A stretch of DNA of 64,000 nt. It comes from Lama guanicoe. Its lineage: Eukaryota. Shown piece by piece: positions 50,401-62,666 of this stretch. Position 1 is the stretch's first letter. Each line of letters starts with the position of its first letter. The notes beneath the pieces were generated by a model that saw nothing but the letters and a program-made list of their open reading frames with translations, did no database searches and was not told the origin of the DNA. The translations under genes were made by a program, and so were the position numbers. The stretch is from the NCBI GenBank assembly GCA_013239625.1, contig MU053487.1:2067058-2131057 (forward strand), written 5' to 3'.

Positions 50401-51884
50401 GTATATTACACAGAGGGGTTCTGACGTGCACGCCCACTCAGACCGATCACCTGGAGCCCAGTATGCAAAGGATCCTAAGGCTTAGTGCAGGCTCGGGGGG
50501 GGCTTGCTGAGATCGCTGGGTGATGCCCGGCAGGGGCACAAGGGCGGTAAAAACCCCAGCCACCGTGCTGGCTGACCCGGATGTGGAGAGCTGCTGGCAT
50601 GGATTCAAGTGCTGCCCTAGGAGAGGAAGAGCCTCCCTAAAGTGAAAAAAAAAAAAAAAAGACATGTGCTGTCTCTTCCTGCTGATTCGAATATTTAGCT
50701 AATATCACAGGAGTCCACTCTTCCTTATGACTGCATCCTGCTTATTTCTTTCATAGCCCTTGACAATTTGCAATCATATGTTTATTAGTTACACATTCTA
50801 TATTTATTATTTATTAAATGTTTAATTATGCATTTGCTTATTTATTATCAATCCTTCTCACTGGAAGATTAGCTTCAGTCAGGCCTTCACTCAACAAAGT
50901 GTCCCCAATGTCTAGGAAGATAGCTCTTTCAGAGTCATATTTGTTGAATGAGTGGGTCCACAAAACAAAGAATCGAGGGGTGAATGTAATTTCTCCTCAC
51001 TCAGCAAGCAGTTTTCAGATCCCGGCGGAGCTGTTTTATGGGAAAAGACAGACTCCCCATCACACTGTCAGGAGTATGTCTGGTCTTTCTCATAAAATTA
51101 TCGCATGTGTTCCAGCGAGTGCCTGATTTTAGTGTGTGATTTAGTTACCATGGATCATGGGCTCAGGGACTGTGAAGACTGAGTCTCTACCCAGACCACA
51201 AAACTAGATTGGATTCAGGCGGTATTGTTTTACACCCTTAGGAAAAGGTGCCTCTTCCAACCTCCAGCTTGATTCTCTACCTATAATATCTACCAAACCA
51301 TCAGCAAAGTCATTGTGGTTGATACTGACATATGGTTTCTTAGGTTATTAGGTTAAATAAAATCTGCTGGAGCTAGAAAGATTTTTCTAAATCCACTTTC
51401 ATCCTCGCTGCTTAATTAAATCCCTCACCTGGGAAAAGAGTGATTTTCAGCCTTCTCGCTTTCTGTGGCATCAGCATGACACTGTGACTGTTGAAATACC
51501 AAAATGCCAGTTGTGTCTAATGCTTCAGGTGCAATAAGCCTGTTATATCTGGAATCTCCTATGAAGATAGATGTTAACTGAGAATTGAACATGACAGCAG
51601 AGGAGATTGAACCAGAATAGCAAAAATGAGCACACAAATCTACTTCCCTTTTTGCTCCGATCCCTTAAAATGTCAGAAAGAATACATCCATAATAGTACT
51701 CAAAAACTAGAAATAATACTATCAGGGACCCAAAAATCTTGGGAGTTTCCTGACAGACCACAGCAAATAGAGAAAAATGAAGATGACAGAGACCAAAGAA
51801 TCTCAGGAAAAAATAACTTTAAATGTAAGAGCACATTCAAAGAGACACTGAACTCACAGCAAGTTCATTAAAGAGCGTGAGGGT

Positions 51885-52282
51885 GTCTCGGTGGCTTCAT
51901 TGCATTAATGGCCCCATTCTTTCACTGTCCCTGTATCCATGCCCTTTGCCACGAGACTTTAATGTTCCTCTCACCACAGAGGTGGAGTCTGTTACCCCGC
52001 CCCAGAGTCTGGACTGGCCTTAGGCCTTGCTTTGCCTAATTAAATGAGACAGAAATGACAATGCGTCAGTTCTGAGCCTAAGACTTAGAGGCCCTGTGTG
52101 TTTTGCATGTTTCTGTTTGCTGTCCTGGCAAGGCCATGAATGTCCAAATTGGCCTTCAAGAGTATGAGAAACATGGAATAAGGCAAAGTCACCCCAGTCA
52201 TCACCCAAAAATGAGAGTGAGGCATTGAGGTGTGGGGGCTGTTTGTTACACAGCATTGTCACAGCAGTGTATAACTGATACA
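51885..52282 (+). mobile_element. MaLR LTR (MLT1H/J-like)
   Basis: ccctgtatccatgccctttgcc...agaggtggagtct...cagttctgagccta...tttgttacacagca...ataactgataca. Confidence 0.7.
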
Positions 52283-52699
52283 GAGTTCCAACTGTGTCCA
52301 TAACACCACATTACTACTTAGAATGAGCAATAGGCAGCAGTAGTGTGTGACTCCTGAATTAAACCATTACATTGTAGTGTAAAGAAAGGGAAACTTTCTG
52401 AGAAAGAAAAAAAATCGTGTTGAGCTAACACTGGACCTCCAGACCTTCTAGAGAGCAGGAGGAAAAGGAAAAGGCAGCTCTACTTAGAGAAAGGTAAACT
52501 GACTTTCTCCTCCCAGGGTTAAGAAATCCATTCTTGTTTCTGCCACCTGGGTAGTGGCAGGAGGACCCAGACTGCTTGACCACTATACTCTCAAGCATCC
52601 AAAAGTGAGATGCATCAGGTGGCACACCCTGCTCACTTAAACAGAGCCTGAACTTCTCCCTCACACATTGCAGATGCAGAATGTGGCAGCAGAGAAGTT

Positions 52700-54070
52700 C
52701 ACCCAGCTATTCACACTCTCTGTTTTCAGTCATGAATATAAAGAAACAACCAAGAAACACAGGTGTTGGAGGAAATCCCTTGACGTGAAGGAGAAGTAAT
52801 AAGATAAAAGAACAGGCTAATGAACCCTCGAGGCAACAAATCATTCAATAAGGGAGGAAGCATTGTTTCAAATACATAACAATACCTTGAGAGAGATCTA
52901 TCACAATATTCCATCCATAACATGAAGTGGCAGATGTAAAAAGGGAACGTTCAGAAAATAACAAAGAAACCTTGAAAATTAAAATTTTTCCTAATATTCT
53001 CAGTATTAAAATAAATAATAGAAGAGACAAGCCCAAACACAAAATACGCAATCAGCAAGATTAAACTGAATACTTGAATAGACAAATATTAACAATTATT
53101 ACATCTAGGTGATGGCTATATTGGTGTTCTTGATACTATTTTTCCAACTCTTATGTTTGTTTGAAAAGTTTTCATTATAAAAATTTGAGGGGAGAGAATA
53201 AAATTTTTAAAAAGGAATATTAAATTGAGAGAAATTTTGGAACAGATTTTTTTTAAAAAAGAAAAAAATAGAAACTGTGTAAGCATGACAAAGATATGGA
53301 TGATTGACCCAGAAGGTCAAACATGTGTTGACTAGAAATTCCAGGGAGAAAGAAGAAAGAAAATGAGTGGAAGAAAACAGTGGGGGAAAAAAATACACAA
53401 GATTTTCCTAAGTTGAAAAATAATGAGTCCTCAGAGTGTAAAAGCACCAGTAAGTGCCAAGTGGAAAGAATTAAAAGACATAAACACACACACACGCACA
53501 CACATGGATGTGAAAATCAGACAAGAGGTGGCAAATAACCACCATGTCTACAATACCACCAGCACAAACATGGAGGTCCCCAGGTAAAACCAAGTCATTC
53601 TTGATGAAGAAGGTAACAGACACACGCACGCACAAGTCTAAAATAAAACTGCAAATTATACCAACATAAAAGATGGCAGACAAGTTAAAGTGGTTTCCAG
53701 GAGGTACTGAGAAGATACAGCTAGTAAAAAAGAGAATGACTCATTCTAGATGTCAGTAGTAAGCAAGAGAAAAATCGAGACACATATCTATATACAAATG
53801 TAAGTGCCCCGAAAAGCGTCTAGAAGAAGACACAGGAAACCACTAACAGTGGTCATCTCTGGGCAGTGGGAGAAGGATTATGGGGCAGAATATAAAAAAG
53901 CTCCAGTTTATTGACTTGAAATGTAATGACTTCCAAGTTTGGTTTGTTTTTTTGTTTTTTACAATGCAAAGATGATCATCTATGCACAAAACTAAAGCTA
54001 AAGAGTTTTTTAATACAGCACAGAAAGTACACTTGCTTTCACTGCCTAACAAAGCTATTCTCATGGGTGG
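52700..54070 (+). mobile_element. Degenerate old L1M/L1ME-like fragments
   Basis: A-rich + strand with L1-like pieces (agaaattccagggagaaga, aagattttccctaagttga, aacagtggtcatctctggg). Confidence 0.45.
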
Positions 54071-54226
54071 GACGGGATGCACAGGTAAAAGTCATGACCA
54101 TTTTCGTTCTGTTTATTTTAAGATTATTTGTGTAAGTGAAAAACGATCACTTCTGACTGTCTAGTACCATTGTTTTCCTCTTTCCGCCTCTACTTCCTCA
54201 CCCGACTCATTCGTTCTTCTTTTTAG

Positions 54227-54278
54227 GCCAGGAGACATTATTACTCTTCTCGAGGACTCCAATGAAGACTGGTGGAAA
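54227..54278 (+). CDS. STAC: STAC coding exon 9 (SH3-1)
   Basis: Acceptor ttttAG|, donor |GTaagt; 52 nt, phase 2 to 0. Translates PGDIITLLEDSNEDWWK, with the SH3 WW motif. Confidence 0.96.
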
Positions 54279-54372
54279 GTAAGTGTTCCTTTTTCTTTAA
54301 GAAAAATCATTTGGTAACTACAATTACAACGGATGCTACAACTGTGGACGCATGCCTCCTTTTTCCTTTCAG

Positions 54373-54510
54373 GGGAAAATTCAAGACAGGATTGGCTTCT
54401 TTCCAGCCAACTTTGTTCAGAGAGTACAACAAAATGAGAAGATTTTTAGATGTGTTAGAACCTTCACTGGGTGTAAGGAACAGGGGCAGATAACACTGAA
54501 AGAGAATCAG
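54373..54510 (+). CDS. STAC: STAC coding exon 10 (end of SH3-1, start of SH3-2)
   Basis: Acceptor ctttcAG|, donor |GTgagt; 138 nt, phase 0 to 0. Translates [46 protein letters not shown], with the SH3 GxFPxNFV motif. Confidence 0.96.
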
Positions 54511-55864
54511 GTGAGTGAAGCACACTGACACACCCCAAGTACGCCCGAGACGGAGGGACAGTCATTCTGACAGACAGCAATCCGTGTCAGTCAGAATGAG
54601 CGGAGTCCCATTCAGAGTACTCACTCTGAGAAAAGATACACTTAGTCCAATGACAGTACCGTAGTAGGATCTCAACACACAAAACCTCAGTGTTATCACT
54701 TGGTGATGCCTGTCACAAGAGCAAACTGCCCAAAGTTGCTCATTCTCCCTGGAGCTGGTGTTTCCACCTGCTCCTCAGGGACAGCAGAAGCCATCATCTG
54801 CCTGGAAAGAGCAGTGGCATCTGAGGGACACCCCCCCCATAACAATAGCACCCCTGGGGAGCCCCGCTGCCGTGCATATATAGTATGTAACATTTGTAAA
54901 TCTTATATGCCTGCATTTTATCTGAAGTCCTACACATGCCCTGTAAACGAGGAAACAAAGGCTGATAGAGGTTATGTGCCTTGCTCACGGGGCCAAAACT
55001 TGGTGCGTGGCCAGACAGGAATTGAAAGATAGATCTACAAGCTCCTAGCTCAGTGGCTTCTACTGAGCCACGTGCCCTGGACCATGTGGAACAAACTCTT
55101 CGAGTGTAAAGTGCTGTGTACATAGTTTGGTTCCCTGGGAAGGCAAGTGTCATAAAGGCACATGTCCCAGGACCAGAAAATTTGGAAACAAATTCCTGCT
55201 CCGATAGAAGCCCTACTGAGTCATTCTTGATTCCAGGCAATGGGGTCACCCTCATCAGACTGAGACCCCATCTCTAATGCCGTACACACCCCACAGAGCA
55301 CACGGGCACATTTCCCAGCTGGGTTCCCCGCCCATGCTTCAGATGTCTCCAAATGTACTCAGCTGTACCCTCCCTGTCCCAAAAGTCTGGAGTCTTTTGA
55401 ATGAAGTACATTCAGGAAGAATGTTCATCTGTATTAGCAACGTGCTACTACATAAATTTTGCTAGCTTGTTTGATTTTTTTTTCCCCTCAGAATAATCTT
55501 GTGCTTTTCTGTTTGAGATTAAACATTGTTTTATGTCATTAAAGTACAAATCAGTGAAACCAGAAGGCAAGTTAAAATTTGCTCAAGTTGATCAGTTTCT
55601 AGAAGCAGAACGTTGGCTCGGTGACTTCTACCAGTTCCTTGGCTACATTCCCCCCAAAAAGTATTTTCTGGGAATGGGTTCACACCTGCGTTCTCCTCTC
55701 TCCCGGTTGAACTGACAATGTACAGGGGTCCAGCTGAGACAACCAACCTGGTCTCTTCACTTAGACACGTCCAAGACACAACACAGCATTTCAGCCTGAA
55801 CCTGGAACCACAGGGATCCGCCCACAATACTTTAGGAAAATGCTGTAACCCCTGGTATTTGACT

Positions 55865-56050
55865 AGCCTGGTATTTCTAAAACATGGTCATTGGGCCACC
55901 TGAGTCAGAAGTTACCTGTTGAAAATGCAGATTTCTGTCTCCACCCCAGATCTGCTGAAACGGAAACTTTCAGGATAAAGGCAGGGAATCAGTCTTTTTT
56001 ACAAACTTCCCAGGTTTTCCAGTCATAACTAAAATTTGAAAATAACCTGC
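55865..56050 (+). mobile_element. MER5-like hAT element
   Basis: tgttgaaaatgcagatttctg...ccccagatctgctgaa...aaaatttgaaaa. Confidence 0.55.
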
Positions 56051-56233
56051 ATTTCCATTTCTCATTTTATAGTCCTTTATTAGTTCTGTGACAACTGAAG
56101 GCATCTGTGTTTCCGTGGCACGTAGGTCAACAGAAGGCACTGAGGTCTCTTCTACACAAATTCTCTATTTTCAGGCTTTATCATCAATATGGCATCCAAT
56201 TTTGCGAAAATATCAGCCCCCGAAAGGAAGTAC

Positions 56234-56370
56234 TTTTATTTTTTAACTTTTATGAGAGGGAGGTAATTAGGTTTATTTATTTATTTATATTTGGAGGAGG
56301 TACTAGGAATTGAACCCAGGACCTCATGCATGCTAAGCATGTGCTCTACCACTTGAGCTATACCCACCCC
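56234..56370 (-). mobile_element. Vic-1-like SINE (minus strand)
   Basis: Reverse complement of the head (ttgaacccaggacctcatgcatgctaagcatgtgctctaccacttgagctataccc) and of the tail (gggaggtaattaggtttatttattt). Confidence 0.9.
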
Positions 56371-56407
56371 CCACCAAACTACATTTTAAAAATTTATTAT
56401 TGTAGGA

Positions 56408-56547
56408 GGGAGGGTATAGCTCATTGGTAGAGTGCATGCCTAGCATGCATGAGGTCCTGGGTGCTGCCTTCGATCCCCAGTACCTCCACTAAAAAAATAA
56501 ATAAACCTAATTACCTATCCCCCAAAAAACAAACAAACAACAAAAAC
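56408..56547 (+). mobile_element. Vic-1-like SINE (plus strand)
   Basis: gggagggtatagctcattggtagagtgcatgcctagcatgcatgaggtcc...cctaattacc plus an A-rich tail. 21-bp flanking repeat CATTTTAAAAAT(T/C)TATTATTG at 56382-56402 and 56548-56568. Confidence 0.9.
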
Positions 56548-57624
56548 CATTTTAAAAATCTATTATTGAGGGAAAAAAAATTAATTTGTCTCCACTTCAG
56601 TATCTTAAATTATTTTAGGTGTAAAGTTTCCAAACACGCTTGTTGACTGACAGGAGTATAACAGTAGTCGCAAAAAAACACAGATTCTAGTGTCATGCAG
56701 ACATGGATCTGTATCCTGTGTGAGTTTTGGCAAAGTCACCTCTGAATGTCAACGTTCTCATCTGTAAAATCAGCATAGTAGCATCTTCCTCTTCACTTGG
56801 AGGTGAGGGTTAACTGTAGCACCTGTGTCCAGCGCCAGCACCATGCCTGGCCACCATGGGTCTCAGCAAGGTCATGACCCTTGCCACCATCATCATTCAG
56901 AGACAAGCCTAAATGGGGACTACGTCCACAGTGGCCAGTGCCACTGAAAATAAACAGAGTAAACATCAGAAAATAGCCAGTGTGATATTTATAACCCTAA
57001 AAATACAGAGACAAATGGTCATTAGCAAATTAGAAGAAATTTGATTCTGGAAACAAATGCTACACATCTCTCTGATTAAATCACACTTCTGCCTCTGGGG
57101 TTGATCTGTCTCACCATTATTACATTCTGTTTTCACAGAACTCTTGCTGCAACAGAATTAGGTTATTCTTCTGTTGTGAACACACCTACAGTTTGTACTG
57201 ACACAGGAGTATGTTTTCTTCACTTCTGAAATTTAAAAGCTATCCTTATTCAATCAATTTGAACATTTTTTTTAATTTATCCCTAGTTCTGTCATCTCTA
57301 TAGAACTATTTTAATTGATCCTTGTGTTCTATAAAAGCTTTAAAGAAAAACGGATAAATTATTTTTAGACTGTAAACCTAAAATGCATTTATTGTGGGGA
57401 AAATTTGAAAATACCCCCCAAAAATTATAAAGAAAATAAAGATCACGGGTAATTCAACCATCGAGCTATTAAGAGCAAATACTTCTGGGTTATTTCCCAT
57501 GAAACTTTTCTTCAAATTCGTATTTTGATACCATAATCTATTTGGTTTCCCAACTTTTTTTTTAAAACATAGTCATTAAATGTTTATCAAAAGACAGTTT
57601 TTAGCAGTTATATATCATATAGAT

Positions 57625-57836
57625 CAGAGGCTGTGAAACCATAATCGACGGATCAACCTGGCCCTGGTTTTTAAAGTTTATTTAGACCTTTGCTGCACTC
57701 AGTCACGTGTGTGTTACCTGCTGCTCTCACACAGCAGCTGGGTAGAATCATCCCTGTAGAGACCATACGGCCCGCAAAGCCTACGATACTTACTACTGAG
57801 TCCTTTACGGACAAAGTCTGCCAACCCCTCGTCTAG
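57625..57836 (+). mobile_element. MER58A-like hAT element
   Basis: agagaccatacggcccgcaaagccta...tcctttacggacaaagtctgccaacccct...tctaga. Confidence 0.7.
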
Positions 57837-58806
57837 ATATACAAGAATGTACTTATTCCTCTATTATTGGATGTTCAGAGCTTTTTAAAAAAATATTCCT
57901 AATTGCAGGGAACATCTCTAAACCTAAATCTTTTTCTACAACTCTGATTATTTCTTTAGGATCTACTTCAGAATTCATAGGAAAACAGATACAAAATTTC
58001 TTCAGTTCTCGATGCCTACTGCCCACTTGCCTCTGTGAAGGCTGTGCCAATTCATGCCCACATCAGCAGTTTCTGAGAACATTCAGGTTAACACACCCTT
58101 GCCACAAATGAACATTACTATTTTTGATATCTGTCATTTTGATAAAGGAATAATGTTTCATGTTAATAGCAATTTCCTGGATGGTTAGGGGTTAGGGAGG
58201 TTGAAATTTTATCATGTAGTATCAGGCATTTGTCATTCTTTTATGAATGATCTGTTTATGCACTTTATTTTCTTACACTATGAAAAAGTTTTCTGTATTT
58301 TAAAAATCTTTACACCTGGTCTGCCATAGGTGGCCTCTGTCATTTGCCTTTTGATCTTAATACTTCTTCCTTCAGGAATTTAGTAACTCTTTGGTTGAGT
58401 CATCACTGTTTTACCGTATTTCTCTTAAAGTTTTCATCTCTTTATTGCTTTCTACTTTATCACTCCACTTCTTCCTCAGAGAATATTTAAAGGTAGTCCC
58501 CAACTTCACTTTAGTTTTCTGAAGTTGTAGTTCAGTCTTTCATCACTTCTAATCTTGATCTTAACTGAGTGTCTGTTTCCTTGGAGTGCTGTCTTCTCAG
58601 TCAGCCCCCTTTCCTTTGCATCATGGTCGGCTGGTTTGTTTTGCATCTCATTACATCATCTCTTCACCCCAAGAGATTCTCTCTTAAAATGTCAAGACCA
58701 AGTCTTTCTTCAACCTACCATATCCAGTGTGACTAAAAGAACTTTCAGATATATACCTATTTCCTGCAGTATTTTTTGATGTTTTATAGCAACATATCCT
58801 TTCATC

Positions 58807-59801
58807 TGTGGTAGGACAGAGGCAACGATGCCCATGTCCTAATCCCTCACATGGCAGGAGGGACTCAGCAAATGTGGCTAAGAATCTTGAGATGTAGGTT
58901 ATCCAGGAAAACCTAATGTAATCACAGGGGTCCTTATAAGAGGCAAGACAGGAGGGTCAGAGTCAGAGAAGGAGCTGTGACAATGGAAGCAGAGAGAGAG
59001 ATTTGAAGATGCTGTGCTGCTGGCCTTGAAGATGAAGGAAGGGACCATGAGCCGAGGAAGGCAGGGGCCTGAAGATGCTGCCAGCTGGGAAGCAGATTCT
59101 CTCCTGGAGCCTCCAGAAGGAGGGAAGCCCTGCTTGCACCCTGACTTTAGGGCTCTAATCTCCAGAACTGCAACACAAGAATCAAATCCAGATTTGTTTC
59201 CTCTGCAAAAGCGACTTTGTAGATGTGACCGAGTCCTAGGCTGTAGACCCTGTGATGGGGAGATAGCCTGGATTGTTTAAATTGGCCAAATCTAATCACT
59301 TGAATCCTTAAAAGCAATGAAATGTATCTGGCTGGAGATGGTGAGATGCAGCAGAAGGGAGATGAGGCAGAAGGGTAGGTCAGCAAGAGATTATGTGTGA
59401 GAGGGGCTCAACCCACCCTTACTGGATCTGAAGATGTAGCAAGGGGCCACAAGTTAGGGAAGGCAGGCAGCCCCTAGGAGCTGAGAATGACCCCTGGCTG
59501 ACAGCCAGCAAGGAAACAAGGACTTCAGTCTCACAGCTGCAAGGAACTGAATTCAGCACCAACCTAACTGAGCCTGGAATTAGACTATCTCCCAGAGAAA
59601 CAGAAGAGAAAGAAAGGAATCGGACCCTCCTGACTTCTGGATATTGTTCTGGTGAAACCCAGGGCAGAGAAAACAAGCCAAGCCCACCAGACATAGGACT
59701 TACAGATAGAATCATTAGATAATATTCTATACTAAGTTGCATTGTTGAAAGCCACTAAGTTTGTGGTAATTTGCTATGACAGCAATAATTGAACTAATAC
59801 A
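58807..59801 (+). mobile_element. Two adjacent MaLR LTR remnants (MLT1D-like ~58807-59180, MLT1E-like ~59190-59801)
   Basis: cccatgtcctaatccc...atgtaatcacaggggtccttataagagg...cctggagcctccagaagg, then acagccagcaaggaaac...gcaaggaactgaattc...gccactaagtttgtggtaatttgcta...aactaataca. Confidence 0.75.
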
Positions 59802-60981
59802 TATCTCAGGTCACAAAACTCCAAGTGAGTCAACCTCAAAAAGTACAGTGTACTTATATGTGAAATAAACAAATATATAAAAGAGCTGGACACAGGGCAG
59901 TTTTTGCATTTGTAATTCAGCAGCCTGACCCCATGATCAGGAATCTAGATTCCTCCATGTCCCTGTTCTGCTATCCTGGAAACGTCAGCCAGCTCCCCTC
60001 GTGGTCACAAATGGCTGCAGCCACTCCAAGAATCCTTGCTACACAAAGAGATTTTCCTCCTAGTACATCTCTTCTAAGAGGAAAACAAGCCATCCCCTAA
60101 GTTCCCTAGAAGATACTCCATCCTGTTTTATTGGCTGGAACTGAGTCCTAGGGGAACCACTAAGAGAATCACCAGCAAGGAGGACAGAAACAGACTGGGA
60201 CCAGTTAGGATTTACCTCCTACAGCGAGTTACCTGCACAAGGATTCCTGTCTCAGGCTCTGCCTCTAGGGAATCCAGCCTGAGACATAACCCATCGCCCT
60301 TGGGAGCAGGTGGAGCAGGAAAAACTGGCAACACGCTAACAGCTCTTCAAAACCTCTTTTCATTTACAGCCAGCCACATCCACCCTTCTGTGCCCGTCAG
60401 TGGCCTATAAGTGGTGAATGACAAAGGCACCCAAATGGATTTTGTCCACTGCCTTTTTAAGTCCAGCATAGGTGTTCTTACTCCAGAATATGCAGGGTGT
60501 TAGCATCTATTTGCTTGGTACCAGGAATGAAATAGCTGCCTTTGACTTCCCAATATTACAGGGAAGTGCCTAAACTTCCAGGCTTGTGACAGGAGCCCGC
60601 TGAATGGTAGCTATTATTTTGGATTTTAAAATAATGTATTGAGGACCCACTGCCTGACTCAGGCTAGCTCTGTGGAAAGCATTCTCTCATTCTGTCCTCA
60701 CAGGGACTCTTCTGGGGGGACACAGAATTATCAGTCCCACTTTACTGATCCTCATTCATGAAGCTCAATCTCAGAAAACATTCAAAGTCTGGACCTAGTT
60801 CCAAACCCAGGGTTCTGTCCAATTTATTTTCAAACCTTTCTTTCATCAAGCCACAGCTTCCCTAAACCACTCTCCCTTTTCCAACTTGCTGCTCCACTGA
60901 CCTCCGCCAGCCGTGATTGAGGACGGGGGTTCTAGCTTCTCTCCCGTTGACACGTTTCTTGTTTTCTTCCTTGGCATTCAG

Positions 60982-61080
60982 ATCTGTGTGACTTCGGAAG
61001 AAGAACAGGACGGCTTCATCAGAGTCCTCAGTGGAAAGAAGAGAGGCCTCGTCCCCCTCGACGTTCTAGAAAACATCTGA
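60982..61080 (+). CDS. STAC: STAC last coding exon (11), end of SH3-2 and stop codon
   Basis: Acceptor ggcattcAG|; translates ICVTSEEEQDGFIRVLSGKKRGLVPLDVLENI then TGA at 61078-61080. Confidence 0.96.
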   Translation: MCVTSEEEQDGFIRVLSGKKRGLVPLDVLENI

Positions 61081-62323
61081 CTGCCGGCCCCTCCTCCTCT
61101 GGCCGGCGGCGAGCCCCGCTGTGACGCCTCATCTCACGCTGTGTTAACCCAGAGGAGCTGCCGCGCTGACCGGCCACCCAGGAAACAGTGAGACCAGACT
61201 CAAGGCTCTGAGACTGCGGGGTAACAGCCACATGGCAGAGGGCCCATCGCAAGCACGTCCAAGGCTGCCCAAGGTGGGGCTGAGGCTGAGAGAGTCGGCC
61301 CGAGTGCTGTCCTAGGGGGCAGTAACCACCGCCGCGCATAGGACTCAGCTCCGTCCCGGGCCGTGTGGTGTGACAGCCAGCCCGCCCGAGTGTGCTCCAG
61401 TCTGCGGGGTGGCCCCAGTGTGAGGCTCAGACCCACGCAGCCAACTGAGATTCTGGTTCCAGATCTCTGTCCCCAATACTGGCCAATCAGCATCCTCACA
61501 TCTGAGACCCCAAGCAGTCTTTCTGCAGAACATCAGGAAGCCCTGCTCCCTAGCCCCCAACATTCCAGGGCTCCCCACAGACCCCCTCACATTGCCATCG
61601 TGCCATCTCTTCTGTCCCTGAGTATGTCCTGGCGGTGAGCGTTCCGTGTGAGGGCTAGGCTGACATGGCGCCGGCTGCACAGACCTGATCTGCCCCCAGG
61701 TTGCCGTAGGCGGCCCCTCCTGCCACTCTGGTTACCGACAGGGCTGGCAGAGCAGGATGCAGTGGGCAGAGAAGGGGCACGGAGGGGCAGAAAGCCCTTA
61801 CTTACTGATGATCAGAAGCCCTTTCAGTCATGAAGTCCTTTCCCCAAGGAGATGGGGTTGGGGAAGACAGTGTGGCAAAACATCTCCATGGTGAGCGTGA
61901 ACCTCCTGTTACGTCCTCTGTATCAGGGGTAGCAGTTTTCCCTTCTGCCATCCTGTAGGGCCCCCCTCTTTAGACGCTGAGCCCACCTTGCGGGGAGCCA
62001 GAAAGAGCATCTTAGAAAAGCAGCCAAATGGGAAACTGTTCTCATGAAGAGCAGAATATTATGCCCCAGCAGATGCAAAATGGGAAAGAGTCCTTGACGC
62101 TTCATCCCTCTGAAGGCAAGAGACTTGGCGCCTGTTTAGCATCGAGGGGAACCTCTGTGGCTCTGCATTTGTATTGATGTTTACAAGAATGCAATCTACT
62201 GTGATGCCTTCCTCCCCAGACCTCCTCCCAGCATTCCAACTTGCATCCTATTAGTCATTAATACGGTTAAACTTCGATTCACAAAGACCTGCAGTGTCCC
62301 TTTGGTTTATTTTGTTACAGAGC

Positions 62324-62329
62324 AATAAA
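62324..62329 (+). terminator. Polyadenylation signal AATAAA (proximal)
   Basis: AATAAA with U-rich upstream sequence (tttggtttattttgtt) and GU/U-rich downstream sequence (cgttggttttt). Confidence 0.55.
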
Positions 62330-62660
62330 ATCATTGGAACCGTTGGTTTTTAAAAGACTTAATTGGATACATCCCAGGCAGTAAGCATTATCTCCCAAAC
62401 CAAAGCATAGTTAGTCTCCACTGATTTCTTTTGTTACTGCTCAGCGTGAAGCCCAGGCAGGATGGCTGCTGGTTTCTAGCAGTTGGGATGCCTTACTCTC
62501 AGTTTAAAAGCCAGCATCCAGAATTTCCTCGCTCTCTGATACATGAAAAACAGAGTCAAGATGGACTCTTTGAGAGCCAGGGTGGATAATATGACTGCCA
62601 TTCCATAACATGGTACGCCGCAATACAGACGTGCTTTGCCTCTAAGTCAGTATTCCATTT

Positions 62661-62666
62661 AATAAA
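62661..62666 (+). terminator. Polyadenylation signal AATAAA (distal)
   Basis: AATAAA followed 35-55 nt later by tgtgtcctgatctcttcttt. Confidence 0.55.

Noticed and set aside
61028..61833. ORFs of 61-111 aa over the proximal 3' UTR
   Set aside because: Low stop density in GC-rich UTR; no recognisable protein features.
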